A DNA stretch of 24,110 bases from a virus (Duplodnaviria; Caudoviricetes), in the IMG/VR virus record IMGVR_UViG_3300021197_000579, positions 1-24,110 of that record. One strand, 5' to 3'. The translations under genes were made by a program, and so were the position numbers. Every line of letters starts with the position of its first letter. The stretch's first letter is position 1. Positions 15,599 to 24,110 of the stretch are shown in pieces. A model generated the notes under the pieces. That model saw nothing but the letters and a program-made list of their open reading frames with translations, ran no database searches and was not told the DNA's origin.

Positions 15599-16353
15599 TG
15601 AACGAAGAAGTAACTCAAGAAGCAGAAACCCAAGAGGTTCAGGCTCAAGAAACACAAGGGCAGGAGCAACCTCAAGAACAAGTAGCAGATAGACCTGATT
15701 GGCTTCCAGAGAAGTTTGAAAGACCAGAGGAACTAGCGAATAGCTACAAGGAACTTGAGAGAGCGTTTTATACAAGAAAAGAAGAGTTTAAAGAACAAAT
15801 ACTAGGTGAAATAAACCAAGAAGTTGCACAAGGTCGTCCAACAAGCCCTGCTGATTATGAAGTTAATATACAGCAACCAGAAGGGATGGAACTTAGTATA
15901 AATGAAGATGATCCATTATTAGGTTGGTTTAGAGATACTGCTCATAACTATGGTCTTAATCAAGATGAGTTTAATGAGTTAGTTAATGAGTGGGCGCAAA
16001 TGGATGCTCAACGTGGGCCTGATTGGAATCAAGAGTCTGAAATACTAGGTGAGTATGCAGAAAGAAGATTAGAGCGTGTAGATACATGGGCTAGTAAGAA
16101 TCTATCTGATAACGCTTATGATGTATTTTCAAATGTTCCTGCCTCTTCTGGTATGGTTCAGTTGTTTGAAGAGCTTATGGAACTCAATGGACAGCCACAA
16201 TTCAACATGGTTTCCAATACGGAGTTTCAAGAAAGAATATCTATCGAAGAGTTAAGGTCAATGCAAAATGACCCTAAATATTGGAAAGATAAAGACCCAG
16301 CATTTATTTCTAAAGTCAGAGCAGGTTTTGCTGCTTATGATAGAAGTAAGTAA
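15598..16353 (+). CDS. Capsid scaffolding/assembly protein
   Basis: Acidic; RPDWLPEKF...LANSYKELE and DPKYW motifs; directly upstream of the capsid gene. Confidence 0.85.
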   Translation: MNEEVTQEAETQEVQAQETQGQEQPQEQVADRPDWLPEKFERPEELANSYKELERAFYTRKEEFKEQILGEINQEVAQGRPTSPADYEVNIQQPEGMELSINEDDPLLGWFRDTAHNYGLNQDEFNELVNEWAQMDAQRGPDWNQESEILGEYAERRLERVDTWASKNLSDNAYDVFSNVPASSGMVQLFEELMELNGQPQFNMVSNTEFQERISIEELRSMQNDPKYWKDKDPAFISKVRAGFAAYDRSK

Positions 16354-16400
16354 TGTGAATTAACCGCAAGTGATTTGTATGTCACTTTAGCCTTGCAGGA

Positions 16401-16448
16401 GTCCCTGATGCAAAGGATAACCATTTGGCCCAGAGCAAAAGGATAAAC
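16401..16448 (+). repeat. Tandem imperfect repeat in the capsid leader
   Basis: GTCCCTGATGCAAAGGATAACC (16401-22) and GGCCCAGAGCAAAAGGATAAAC (16427-48). Confidence 0.55.
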
Positions 16449-16488
16449 GGATTGCATATTGTAAACTCAATTAGAAGGAGGATGTAGT

Positions 16489-17313
16489 ATGGCTACACCT
16501 ACAATCAGTACCTCCTTTATCGAGGAGTTTGAATCTGGCGTTCATATGGCGTATCAGCGTCAGGGTTCAAAACTGCGTAATACTATTCGTACAGCTAATG
16601 GCGTAAAGAATAAGACTACGTTCCAAGTTCTCGGTAAGGGCTTCGCTACAACAAAGGCAAGACATGGTAATGTCGCACCTATGAATCTAGAACACACAAA
16701 TGTAAACGTAACTGTAGAAGATTACTTTGCAGGAGAGTGGATTGATGATTTAGATCAACTACGCATTAACCATGATGAAATGATGGTCGCTCAACAGTCA
16801 GGTGCATATGCACTTGGACGTAAAACTGACGAGCTAATTCTTTCAGCTATGGATGCAACAACAAATAATCACAATGAGACAAGTAATGGTATTACCCTTG
16901 CATGGGCATTAGGTCTTATGGAATTATTTGGTAATGGCGATGTTCCAGATGACGGAAGACGTTATGTTGCAGTTGGTTGGGAAAACTGGTCACAACTATT
17001 AGACTTAGATGAGTTCTCTCGTTCTGAGTATGTTGGCCCAGAACAACTACCATTTGCTAATGCTATGACAGCTAAAAACTGGCTTGGCTTTATGTGGTTT
17101 CCGTTCTCAGGTCTTGATTCAATAAATTCAGATGCAGATCGCAAATGTTTTGCTTGGCATCAAGATTCTGTTGGTCACGCTATTGGTGCAGATGTTTCAT
17201 CAAACATGCAGTACCATAACGACAAAGATAGCTATTTTGTTCTTAATAAGATGCAGATGAACTCTGTTCTTATTGACGCAAATGGCTGTTATGAACTACA
17301 ACTGAAGAAATAG
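16489..17313 (+). CDS. Major capsid protein (HK97 fold, BPP-1-like family)
   Basis: YQRQGSKLRNT, AYALGRKTDELI, VPDDGRRY and WLGF motifs; AGGAGG RBS. Confidence 0.92.
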   Translation: MATPTISTSFIEEFESGVHMAYQRQGSKLRNTIRTANGVKNKTTFQVLGKGFATTKARHGNVAPMNLEHTNVNVTVEDYFAGEWIDDLDQLRINHDEMMVAQQSGAYALGRKTDELILSAMDATTNNHNETSNGITLAWALGLMELFGNGDVPDDGRRYVAVGWENWSQLLDLDEFSRSEYVGPEQLPFANAMTAKNWLGFMWFPFSGLDSINSDADRKCFAWHQDSVGHAIGADVSSNMQYHNDKDSYFVLNKMQMNSVLIDANGCYELQLKK

Positions 17314-17325
17314 AGGAGATAGAAA

Positions 17326-17586
17326 ATGGCACTAGTTTTAGCAGACCTTTCTCTTGTAAATTACTCAGGAAATGGTTTTCATATTTGGCATTATAAATCT
17401 ACTGGAGATGCATTAAATACTATTGATGCGGCTGGTTATTTTAATAATGCTTCTAGCGAAATGAATGTTGGCGATGTTGTATTTGTAAATGCATCCAACG
17501 GTTTTGGTATTGCTACAGTAGTATCAAATTCTGGTGGTGTTGTGGATACAGGTGACATTGTTAGCATGACGACAGATAGTCGATAA
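17326..17586 (+). CDS. Putative capsid decoration/cement protein
   Basis: Small beta-rich protein right after the MCP; strong RBS GAGGAG. Confidence 0.65.
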   Translation: MALVLADLSLVNYSGNGFHIWHYKSTGDALNTIDAAGYFNNASSEMNVGDVVFVNASNGFGIATVVSNSGGVVDTGDIVSMTTDSR

Positions 17587-17718
17587 ATGGCTAAGCAACC
17601 ATCTAAAAAAGGAGCGGCTAAAAAAGCCGTTCCTACTTCAGAGTCAACTGTTATTAAACGCAGAAACATGACAGTTACGTTTGGTAAAAACGCAAAAATT
17701 GGGAGTAAATCACAATGA
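17587..17718 (+). CDS. Small basic protein (43 aa)
   Basis: Manual translation MAKQPSKKGAAKKAVPTSESTVIKRRNMTVTFGKNAKIGSKSQ; abuts both neighbours. Confidence 0.6.
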   Translation: MAKQPSKKGAAKKAVPTSESTVIKRRNMTVTFGKNAKIGSKSQ

Positions 17719-17828
17719 AAACATGTGAAACATGTCCGTTTCCAGGAAAATGCAGAGCCGCAGGTAAATGCTTAGCAGGTAAAAAAGATTCTAAAAAAAT
17801 GGGTAAAGGCAAAGGTTATAAAGGCTAA
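17715..17828 (+). CDS. Four-Cys basic microprotein (37 aa)
   Basis: MKTCETCPFPGKCRAAGKCLAGKKDSKKMGKGKGYKG; GGAG RBS; ATGA and TAATG coupling. Confidence 0.6.
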   Translation: MKTCETCPFPGKCRAAGKCLAGKKDSKKMGKGKGYKG

Positions 17829-18454
17829 TGCCAACAACACCATCAACAGATATTGAAGTTGCACAGAAAGCAATGGTTCTAATTGGGTTAGAGCCATTAA
17901 CTTCTTTTACCGACAATACTGATGAAGCTTTAGTTGCTAATACAATATTTGAGGATATCGTAACTGATTGTTTAGGTTCTCATAATTGGAACTTTGCAAC
18001 AGGTCAAAAAGTAATGTCTAGGCTTACAGATGTTCCTGTTGATAGATGGGAAGCTGCATATGCTCTTCCTTCTGTTCCAGAAGTAATACAAGTCTTAACT
18101 GTTACGATAGATGATACACCTCAGCAATATGATATATATGAAAGATATGTTTATATAAATGCATCAGAAAACGATAATGTCGTATTGAATTACATATTTA
18201 GACCTGAGACACAATATTGGCCTCCTGCATTTACAATGTGGGTAATATTTAGATTAGCTTCTGTTCTCGGATTATCTGTTACAAGAAAAGCAGACGTAGC
18301 GTCATCTTACACTACGTTAGCTGAAGCCCAGTTTAGAAAAGCAAAATCAAGAGATAGCCAACAGGTCACAACGCAAGGTTTGAAGTTAAGTAGATTTCAC
18401 AGAGCTAGATTAGGTAATGGCATATACCAAGAAGTAGAAGGCACAACAACTTAA
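17828..18454 (+). CDS. Tail tubular protein A (adaptor, T7 gp11-like)
   Basis: HNWNFAT and AYALP motifs; size and position. Confidence 0.85.
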   Translation: MPTTPSTDIEVAQKAMVLIGLEPLTSFTDNTDEALVANTIFEDIVTDCLGSHNWNFATGQKVMSRLTDVPVDRWEAAYALPSVPEVIQVLTVTIDDTPQQYDIYERYVYINASENDNVVLNYIFRPETQYWPPAFTMWVIFRLASVLGLSVTRKADVASSYTTLAEAQFRKAKSRDSQQVTTQGLKLSRFHRARLGNGIYQEVEGTTT

Positions 18455-18470
18455 TAAGAAGAAATAATGA

Positions 18471-20402
18471 ATGGCTCTCTTAAGACAATTCTATACAAAC
18501 TTTACGGCAGGAGAAATAACTCCACTGCTTTCTTCTAGGGTAGATACTGACGCTTATAAGAACGGTGTTAAAACTCTTAGAAACTTTAGAATATTGTCTC
18601 AAGGTGGGATTAGAAGAAGAGGTGGATTTAGATATCTTCAATCTCTTTCAAATATAGCATATCAAACAGAACCCTATATTTACGATGAAGATGAAGCTTA
18701 TATAGTTTTGTTTTCTAATGCTAGAGTAGATATAGTTGATGTTACAGATCCGACCAATGTAGCTGATAGCATTACATCATGTCCTTGGACTACAGCTATG
18801 ATAGGAGAGCTAAAGGTTGCTCAGTCTGGCGATACAATGATTGTTGTTCATCCTGATATGGCAATGCAAAAACTAACTCGTACTGCTGTAGATACTTTTA
18901 GCCGTGAAGCGTTTTCTTTTGATACATCTAATAACTTTACTCATCAGCCTTATCATAGGTTTGCAGCATCCAGTATTACATTACAGCCTCAAAATACAAG
19001 CACTAGCAATCAAACGATAACTGCTAGTTCTGCAATATTTAGCTCAGATTGGGTTGGTGAAGAAATAGAATTTACTGATTCAAATGGAGATATTCATCAT
19101 GTTGAAGTAATAGCTTATTTATCAGCAACAACAATAACAGGTAAATTTGATACAGCACCCCATAATTCAAGTGCTGTTTCTACTTGGAAAGAACAAGTAT
19201 TTTCTACAAGAAAAGGATTTGCAAGAACAGTTATGTTCCATGACCAAAGGCTAATATTTGGTGGTTCTAGAGATTTGCCAAATCACATTTTCTTTTCTAA
19301 AACAGCAGAGTTTTTTAACTTTGATGTTGGTACAGGATTGGATAATGAATCTATACAAGTGCAGATTGCAGAAAATCAGGTATCGGAGATTAAGTCATTA
19401 TCTTCTTTAAGACACTTATCTATCTTTACATCTGAAAAAGAATTATTTGTTCCTACAGTTGACGATAGGCCATTGACACCATCTACAATATCTATAAAGA
19501 CACAGACATCTTTTGGTAGCAGTGAAGTTTCCCCAGTAGAATTTGATGGTGCTACTATATTTCTTACAAAGTCTAAAGGCAGTATAAGAGAGTTTGTGTT
19601 TAGCGATTTAAGCCAAGCATATAATTCTGATGCACTAACTTTGTTGTCTCCCCATCTTATTGGCACTCCAACTAATATGGAATCTCAAAGAGAAGCCTCA
19701 GACCAAGTAGAGTCTTATCTTTATGTAGTTAACTCATCTGGTAAAATGCCTGTCTTTATGAGTATTAGAAAAGAAAAGCTACAAGGTTGGGGAGAATATT
19801 CTACAGTAGGAAGTTTTAAGAATGTAGTTAATGTTAATAGAAAAGTTTATGCTGTTTGCGAAAGAACAATAAATAGTTCTACTCTTACAACATTAGAATT
19901 ACTAGATAATGAGTATCATACAGATAGTTCATTAAAGCTAACTAATGGTAGCCCTACTACAAGCTGGACAATAGGACATCTGCCAAATACAGAAGTTGTT
20001 GTTAAGTCTGGAAATTATTCTTTGGGAACTTACACAACAAATGGTAGTGGAGTTATTACAGTAAGTGATGCTGTTAGTTCAGTTGAAATTGGCTTAAACT
20101 ATACTCCAACCTTAACTACACTTCCCCCAGAGTTTCAATTACAAGATGGAATATCTGTAGGTCAAAAAAGAAGAGTAGTGAGAGTTGTTATGGACTTAAA
20201 TGAATCTCTTAATGTAAAAGCAAAAGGAACTAATCTCTTGATAAGAAGGGTTACTGATGATTTTTCTTTAGAACCATCTTCTGTTACAGAGAGAAAAGAA
20301 CTTTATTTGCTAGGATGGGGCAAAGAAGGTACTGTTACAATAACGCAAGATGAGCCGTTACCCCTTACTCTTAACGGTGTTATGCTAGAGGTAGAAGTAT
20401 AA
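18471..20402 (+). CDS. Tail tubular protein B (nozzle, T7 gp12-like)
   Basis: NFTAGEITP, GGIRRRGG, QSGDTM, FHDQRL.FGG and QDEPLPLT motifs. Confidence 0.9.
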   Translation: MALLRQFYTNFTAGEITPLLSSRVDTDAYKNGVKTLRNFRILSQGGIRRRGGFRYLQSLSNIAYQTEPYIYDEDEAYIVLFSNARVDIVDVTDPTNVADSITSCPWTTAMIGELKVAQSGDTMIVVHPDMAMQKLTRTAVDTFSREAFSFDTSNNFTHQPYHRFAASSITLQPQNTSTSNQTITASSAIFSSDWVGEEIEFTDSNGDIHHVEVIAYLSATTITGKFDTAPHNSSAVSTWKEQVFSTRKGFARTVMFHDQRLIFGGSRDLPNHIFFSKTAEFFNFDVGTGLDNESIQVQIAENQVSEIKSLSSLRHLSIFTSEKELFVPTVDDRPLTPSTISIKTQTSFGSSEVSPVEFDGATIFLTKSKGSIREFVFSDLSQAYNSDALTLLSPHLIGTPTNMESQREASDQVESYLYVVNSSGKMPVFMSIRKEKLQGWGEYSTVGSFKNVVNVNRKVYAVCERTINSSTLTTLELLDNEYHTDSSLKLTNGSPTTSWTIGHLPNTEVVVKSGNYSLGTYTTNGSGVITVSDAVSSVEIGLNYTPTLTTLPPEFQLQDGISVGQKRRVVRVVMDLNESLNVKAKGTNLLIRRVTDDFSLEPSSVTERKELYLLGWGKEGTVTITQDEPLPLTLNGVMLEVEV

Positions 20403-20818
20403 TGGGTGTAGAAATGCAAGTAGCCTCAGCCTTTGTAGGTTTGATGGCGGCAAACAAAGCAAAATCAGCTTATGAGATGGAAGCCCAGTCTTATGAAGAA
20501 GCTAGAAAAATGGAGTCTATTAAAACAAGCCAACAGGTAGTAGAAAGAGACAGAAGGCTTAGAGCGCAATTAGCTTCTCTTGATTCATCTATGGCGGCTC
20601 AAGGCATTACTATTGGAACAAGTGCTTCCATTTCTGCTTTAGAAAATGATGAGAAAAAATTAGCCGCTGCTGACATAAGTTCAATAAAGCTTATGGGTGC
20701 TTCTAATAGAAGAAAGTATGGTCTAAGCGCACAATCATCAAAAATTAAAGGAGAATCAGCAGTTCTTGGTAGTTACGCTAAGACTGCTGCTATTGGTTAT
20801 GATATTGCTACAGGTTAA
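20402..20818 (+). CDS. Internal virion (ejection) protein, gp14-like
   Basis: Ala/Ser-rich, about 140 aa, after the nozzle gene. Confidence 0.7.
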   Translation: MGVEMQVASAFVGLMAANKAKSAYEMEAQSYEEARKMESIKTSQQVVERDRRLRAQLASLDSSMAAQGITIGTSASISALENDEKKLAAADISSIKLMGASNRRKYGLSAQSSKIKGESAVLGSYAKTAAIGYDIATG

Positions 20819-20829
20819 GGAAATTAATT

Positions 20830-23800
20830 ATGGCGTTTAAAAAAACAGGTGGAAGAAGTGTTTTTGTTCAGCCTACAGGTATGCCAGATTTAAGTGGTTT
20901 CCAAAGTTTGGCAAAAACATATGATGATATAGCAGGGATTGTTTTTGATATTGGTTCAGACATAAGGGAAAATAAACTAAATGATTTGATTATAGAGGCT
21001 GAAGCAGAAGGAAAAACAGCTGGTGCTACATACGATGCTGAGGGTAATTTAGTTCCCCTTACTAATTTAAGTATTTCAGATAGTATAGATTCTCAGGTTA
21101 TAGGCTCTAATGAAAAGAAGTCTTTGAAAAAGTCCTATACAGATGCGGCTATAAAAACATATACAGCAAATATATCTAATGAAGCTTACCTATCAGCTCA
21201 GGATGTTTTGTCAAATAATCCAAACGACCCAGATGCAATAAGAGGTGCTTTAGCAGGCTTTTTAGATGGATTAGAAAATGTACCAGAAAACGTAAAACAA
21301 TCTGTTTTGCCATCTATAACAAGTCATTTTGTAAGTGCTGAATCTCAAGCTAATGCAGGAATGATTGCAGAAAGCAGAAAACAAACAGAAGAAACTAATC
21401 TTGAGAACTTACGAATAATAGAACAAAGGCTTGTTGCTTTATCCGTAAAAGGTAATGATTCTGGAAACCCATCTCAACTTGCTGGTTCTAAAAAAATGAG
21501 AGAAGAACTCATGCAAGATGCAGAAGGTTCTTTTGAAGCATTAAGAAGTTTAGATTATTCAGAAACCAAAATAGATGCGCTTAAGTCTAGTATTGCCTTA
21601 TCTCAAGTCGTAGGAGCGTCAAAGGCTAATGTGACAAGGTCTTATGGAATAAATGGATTTTCATCTACCCTTCAGATGATAGCTGATACACGAAAGAGTT
21701 TACTTGATAATCCTGATATTGATGGTGATATAGTAGCAGATACTATGACTCAAGAGCTTAGTCGTTTAGAGCAAATAGACAGAGCTTTAAAAACAGAAAC
21801 ATCAGAAACTCAAACTAAAAATTATGCTCAGGCTTTAAATAACATTGAAATGAGAAAGCTAAATAGTGTTGAGGATGTTATTAAACTCGATGTCTCTGTA
21901 AGTCAGGAAACCAGTCTTATTCAAGCATTAAGAAATAGAATATCTGGTGAAAAATCTACTCAAGCAAGTATCGCTAAAAAAATAAAAGATGGTCATAAAG
22001 AAGATTTTGATACAGCAATGTTGCCTTTTTATGATGAATTTTCAAGCGAAGATGAAAGATATGAAAGTTCTATTTCTATAAATAATCAGTGGAAAAATGG
22101 TTTGATAGATGCAAGCAGTTACAGAACTTTTCAAACTCAAAGTAATTCATTCTTTGTTAAAAAATTTAAAGAAGCTGGTGATAAGTCTGTTGCTCAACTT
22201 GAATCTTATATGTCTAATTTTTCAATAACACCAGAAGCTTTACAAGCAATAACTCCTGACCTCGAAAGTTCTGGTTTTGTTGGAACTGGAAAAACAGCTA
22301 CATTTACAAGAACACAATGGGCAAAAAGAATAGCAACCTACTCTGATGATTTAGCAAAAGAAAGAGAAAGAGTAACTGAATTAATAGATGCTAGAAATGC
22401 TTTAATATCAGGAACAGCAGATAGCTCACAAATAGATTTAGTTGCTAATCAAGATGCTTATTCTCTTACAAGAGATGATAATGGTCAAACATTGTTTAGC
22501 CTTGATCCAGATATCCAAGAAGAAAACTTCGAAACTGTTACAACATTTGCAATGCAATATGGTGTATTACACCCAGAAGCAAAGAAAGCCCTTGGGGGTT
22601 TGGATAATCCTGCTATAGAGCAAGATGTTTTTGATTCTAAAATACAATTATATTTTAAAATTAGAGACTCTTTGAGTAACGGAACTACATTAGGCGGTGT
22701 CACCGATTTAGCTATGGGTGATTTACATGCTGAAAAGATAATGTTTGATAATGGTATTGACCCTTTAGATTTTGAAACTGCGGCTGTTGTTGGTATGCAA
22801 AGATTTCAAGATTTAAAAACAGCAGATACAACAAATCCTCAAAGACGTTTAACTGGCGTAGATGTCGGTAACTTATTAGACGAAAACTTTAGTAATGCTG
22901 TTAAGAAAGAAGAATTTACTTCCTTTATAACAAGAATGTTTACTGGTCAAAAAGATGCTTTGGCTAGAGAAAGAAAGATAATAGAAAACCTTTTTAATTC
23001 AGCACCATCTATTTCAGGTAACTATAGTGATGTTGTTATTGGTGATGAAAGAATGAGAAGAGCAATAGAGTTATCTTTAGCTAATAAAATATCTACTGGT
23101 GCAGTTGTTCCTAAAAACTTAGATTCAGTTATAAGTGGTATAAGAAATTCTTTAATTGAAGTATCTTCTGATGTAGGTGTAAGCGTTGATTCTGATGGGA
23201 ATGGTTATCTTACATTTGGCCCTTGGCATTCACAAGCATCTCAAGAAATAGGTGATGTTCCTTTAGGAATGAGTACAGAAGAGGCTGTGTTTGAAGATGT
23301 TAGATTTAGAGTTTTATCTCCAGATTCATTTATTAACCAAGACTTAAGAGAGCTTGTAGAATCTGGTGATGGCATTATTACTCTAGAAGCTAATAGTGGT
23401 TATGGGGTTAACCAAACTTACACTGTTCAAATCACAGACCCAGATACTGAAAGAAGATATAACGCTATTTCTGATTACAGATTTGATTTTAGCTCAAGTC
23501 ATTTGAACAAAGTATATGACCTTGCGTTGAAAAGAGTACAGAACAAAACTATTACTACTTTTATGGATAATTTTGCTTTTATGAAAAAGGGAATAATCAA
23601 AAGAAGAATCCAATCAATAGTAGGCGACTTAAATAATGATGCTAACTGGTACGATTTTGACCAGAAAGAAAATGATTTTGTTGCTTTGATGGAGCTTATG
23701 CAAAGTATTAACTCAAGCATAAATCCTTTTGCAGGAATTGAAGCAGATAAAAAATTTGACGCTAGAGATGTCGTTGTTTTGAGAGATTTTTTAAGAGGCG

Positions 23801-23856
23801 ACTTAAAACAAGAAGAATACACAAAGCAAATCAATGAAATTTATGGGAATAAATAA
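20830..23856 (+). CDS. Large internal virion (ejection) protein, gp15-like
   Basis: 1008 aa, helical; position in the ejectosome cluster; no catalytic motif recognised. Confidence 0.7.
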   Translation: MAFKKTGGRSVFVQPTGMPDLSGFQSLAKTYDDIAGIVFDIGSDIRENKLNDLIIEAEAEGKTAGATYDAEGNLVPLTNLSISDSIDSQVIGSNEKKSLKKSYTDAAIKTYTANISNEAYLSAQDVLSNNPNDPDAIRGALAGFLDGLENVPENVKQSVLPSITSHFVSAESQANAGMIAESRKQTEETNLENLRIIEQRLVALSVKGNDSGNPSQLAGSKKMREELMQDAEGSFEALRSLDYSETKIDALKSSIALSQVVGASKANVTRSYGINGFSSTLQMIADTRKSLLDNPDIDGDIVADTMTQELSRLEQIDRALKTETSETQTKNYAQALNNIEMRKLNSVEDVIKLDVSVSQETSLIQALRNRISGEKSTQASIAKKIKDGHKEDFDTAMLPFYDEFSSEDERYESSISINNQWKNGLIDASSYRTFQTQSNSFFVKKFKEAGDKSVAQLESYMSNFSITPEALQAITPDLESSGFVGTGKTATFTRTQWAKRIATYSDDLAKERERVTELIDARNALISGTADSSQIDLVANQDAYSLTRDDNGQTLFSLDPDIQEENFETVTTFAMQYGVLHPEAKKALGGLDNPAIEQDVFDSKIQLYFKIRDSLSNGTTLGGVTDLAMGDLHAEKIMFDNGIDPLDFETAAVVGMQRFQDLKTADTTNPQRRLTGVDVGNLLDENFSNAVKKEEFTSFITRMFTGQKDALARERKIIENLFNSAPSISGNYSDVVIGDERMRRAIELSLANKISTGAVVPKNLDSVISGIRNSLIEVSSDVGVSVDSDGNGYLTFGPWHSQASQEIGDVPLGMSTEEAVFEDVRFRVLSPDSFINQDLRELVESGDGIITLEANSGYGVNQTYTVQITDPDTERRYNAISDYRFDFSSSHLNKVYDLALKRVQNKTITTFMDNFAFMKKGIIKRRIQSIVGDLNNDANWYDFDQKENDFVALMELMQSINSSINPFAGIEADKKFDARDVVVLRDFLRGDLKQEEYTKQINEIYGNK

Positions 23857-24110
23857 TGGCTAATATTGATTGGAATTTCATAGGCGACTTAGAAGGCGAA
23901 CGTCTTATAGGTTACGTTCCTAATGCAGAAGGCTCAAAGTCTGGTGTTACTATTGCTACTGGATTTGATTTAGGAGCAAGAAACGAATCAGATATAAAAG
24001 ATTTACCTATAGAATTACAGAATAAGCTTAAACCTTATCTTGGCTTAAAAGGGGATGCCGCAAAAGCTTTAGCTAGTAAACTTAGAATAAATTCTGATGA
24101 AGCTAAAATT
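23856..24110 (+). CDS. Partial protein with N-terminal pesticin-like muramidase domain
   Basis: Manual translation MANIDWNFIGDLEGERLIGYVPNAEGSKSGVTIATGFDLG...; the LEG...GYVP...SGVTIATGFDLG signature. Confidence 0.85.
   Translation, partial: MANIDWNFIGDLEGERLIGYVPNAEGSKSGVTIATGFDLGARNESDIKDLPIELQNKLKPYLGLKGDAAKALASKLRINSDEAKI

Noticed and set aside
9795-23834. Minus-strand ORFs in the late region (e.g. 9795-10259, 13342-13707, 23499-23834) and plus-strand ORFs inside early genes
   Set aside because: Antisense shadows of well-supported genes, with no RBS or recognisable motifs.
20830-23856. 1008-aa protein as an N4-like virion RNA polymerase reading hairpin promoters
   Set aside because: No single-subunit RNAP or DxDxD motifs recognised; size and position fit an ejection protein.

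Overview
About 24 kb of an AT-rich tailed (podovirus-like) bacteriophage, probably marine and with a proteobacterial host (inference). It has two divergent arms. The left arm (mostly minus strand, 1-9065) carries early, recombination and DNA-handling genes: many small ORFs, SSB, a long plasmid-type ParB protein, a YqaJ/lambda-exonuclease, a DUF1071/Sak-type annealing protein and a DUF3846-like protein. A plus-strand HTH + RuvC-like pair is embedded in it. The right arm (plus strand, 9808-end) is a T7/BPP-1-like morphogenesis module: TerS, TerL, portal, scaffold, major capsid, tail tubular A and B, internal virion proteins and a truncated pesticin-like muramidase. No DNA polymerase, primase, helicase, RNA polymerase or integrase is visible in the window. 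The most striking feature is the ~700 bp non-coding gap between the arms. By hand folding, its plus strand forms two large nested, branched domains (9138-9348 and 9381-9639) with G.T/G.U wobbles and GNRA-type loops. The first domain appears to rebuild a leftward sigma70 promoter (-35 TTGACT/TTGCCG, -10 TAACCT at a fork junction) that does not exist in the duplex. This resembles the Frpo-type single-strand promoters of conjugative-plasmid leading regions, and it sits ahead of a leading-region-like gene set (ssb, ParB-like). All folding and family calls were made by eye, without computation.
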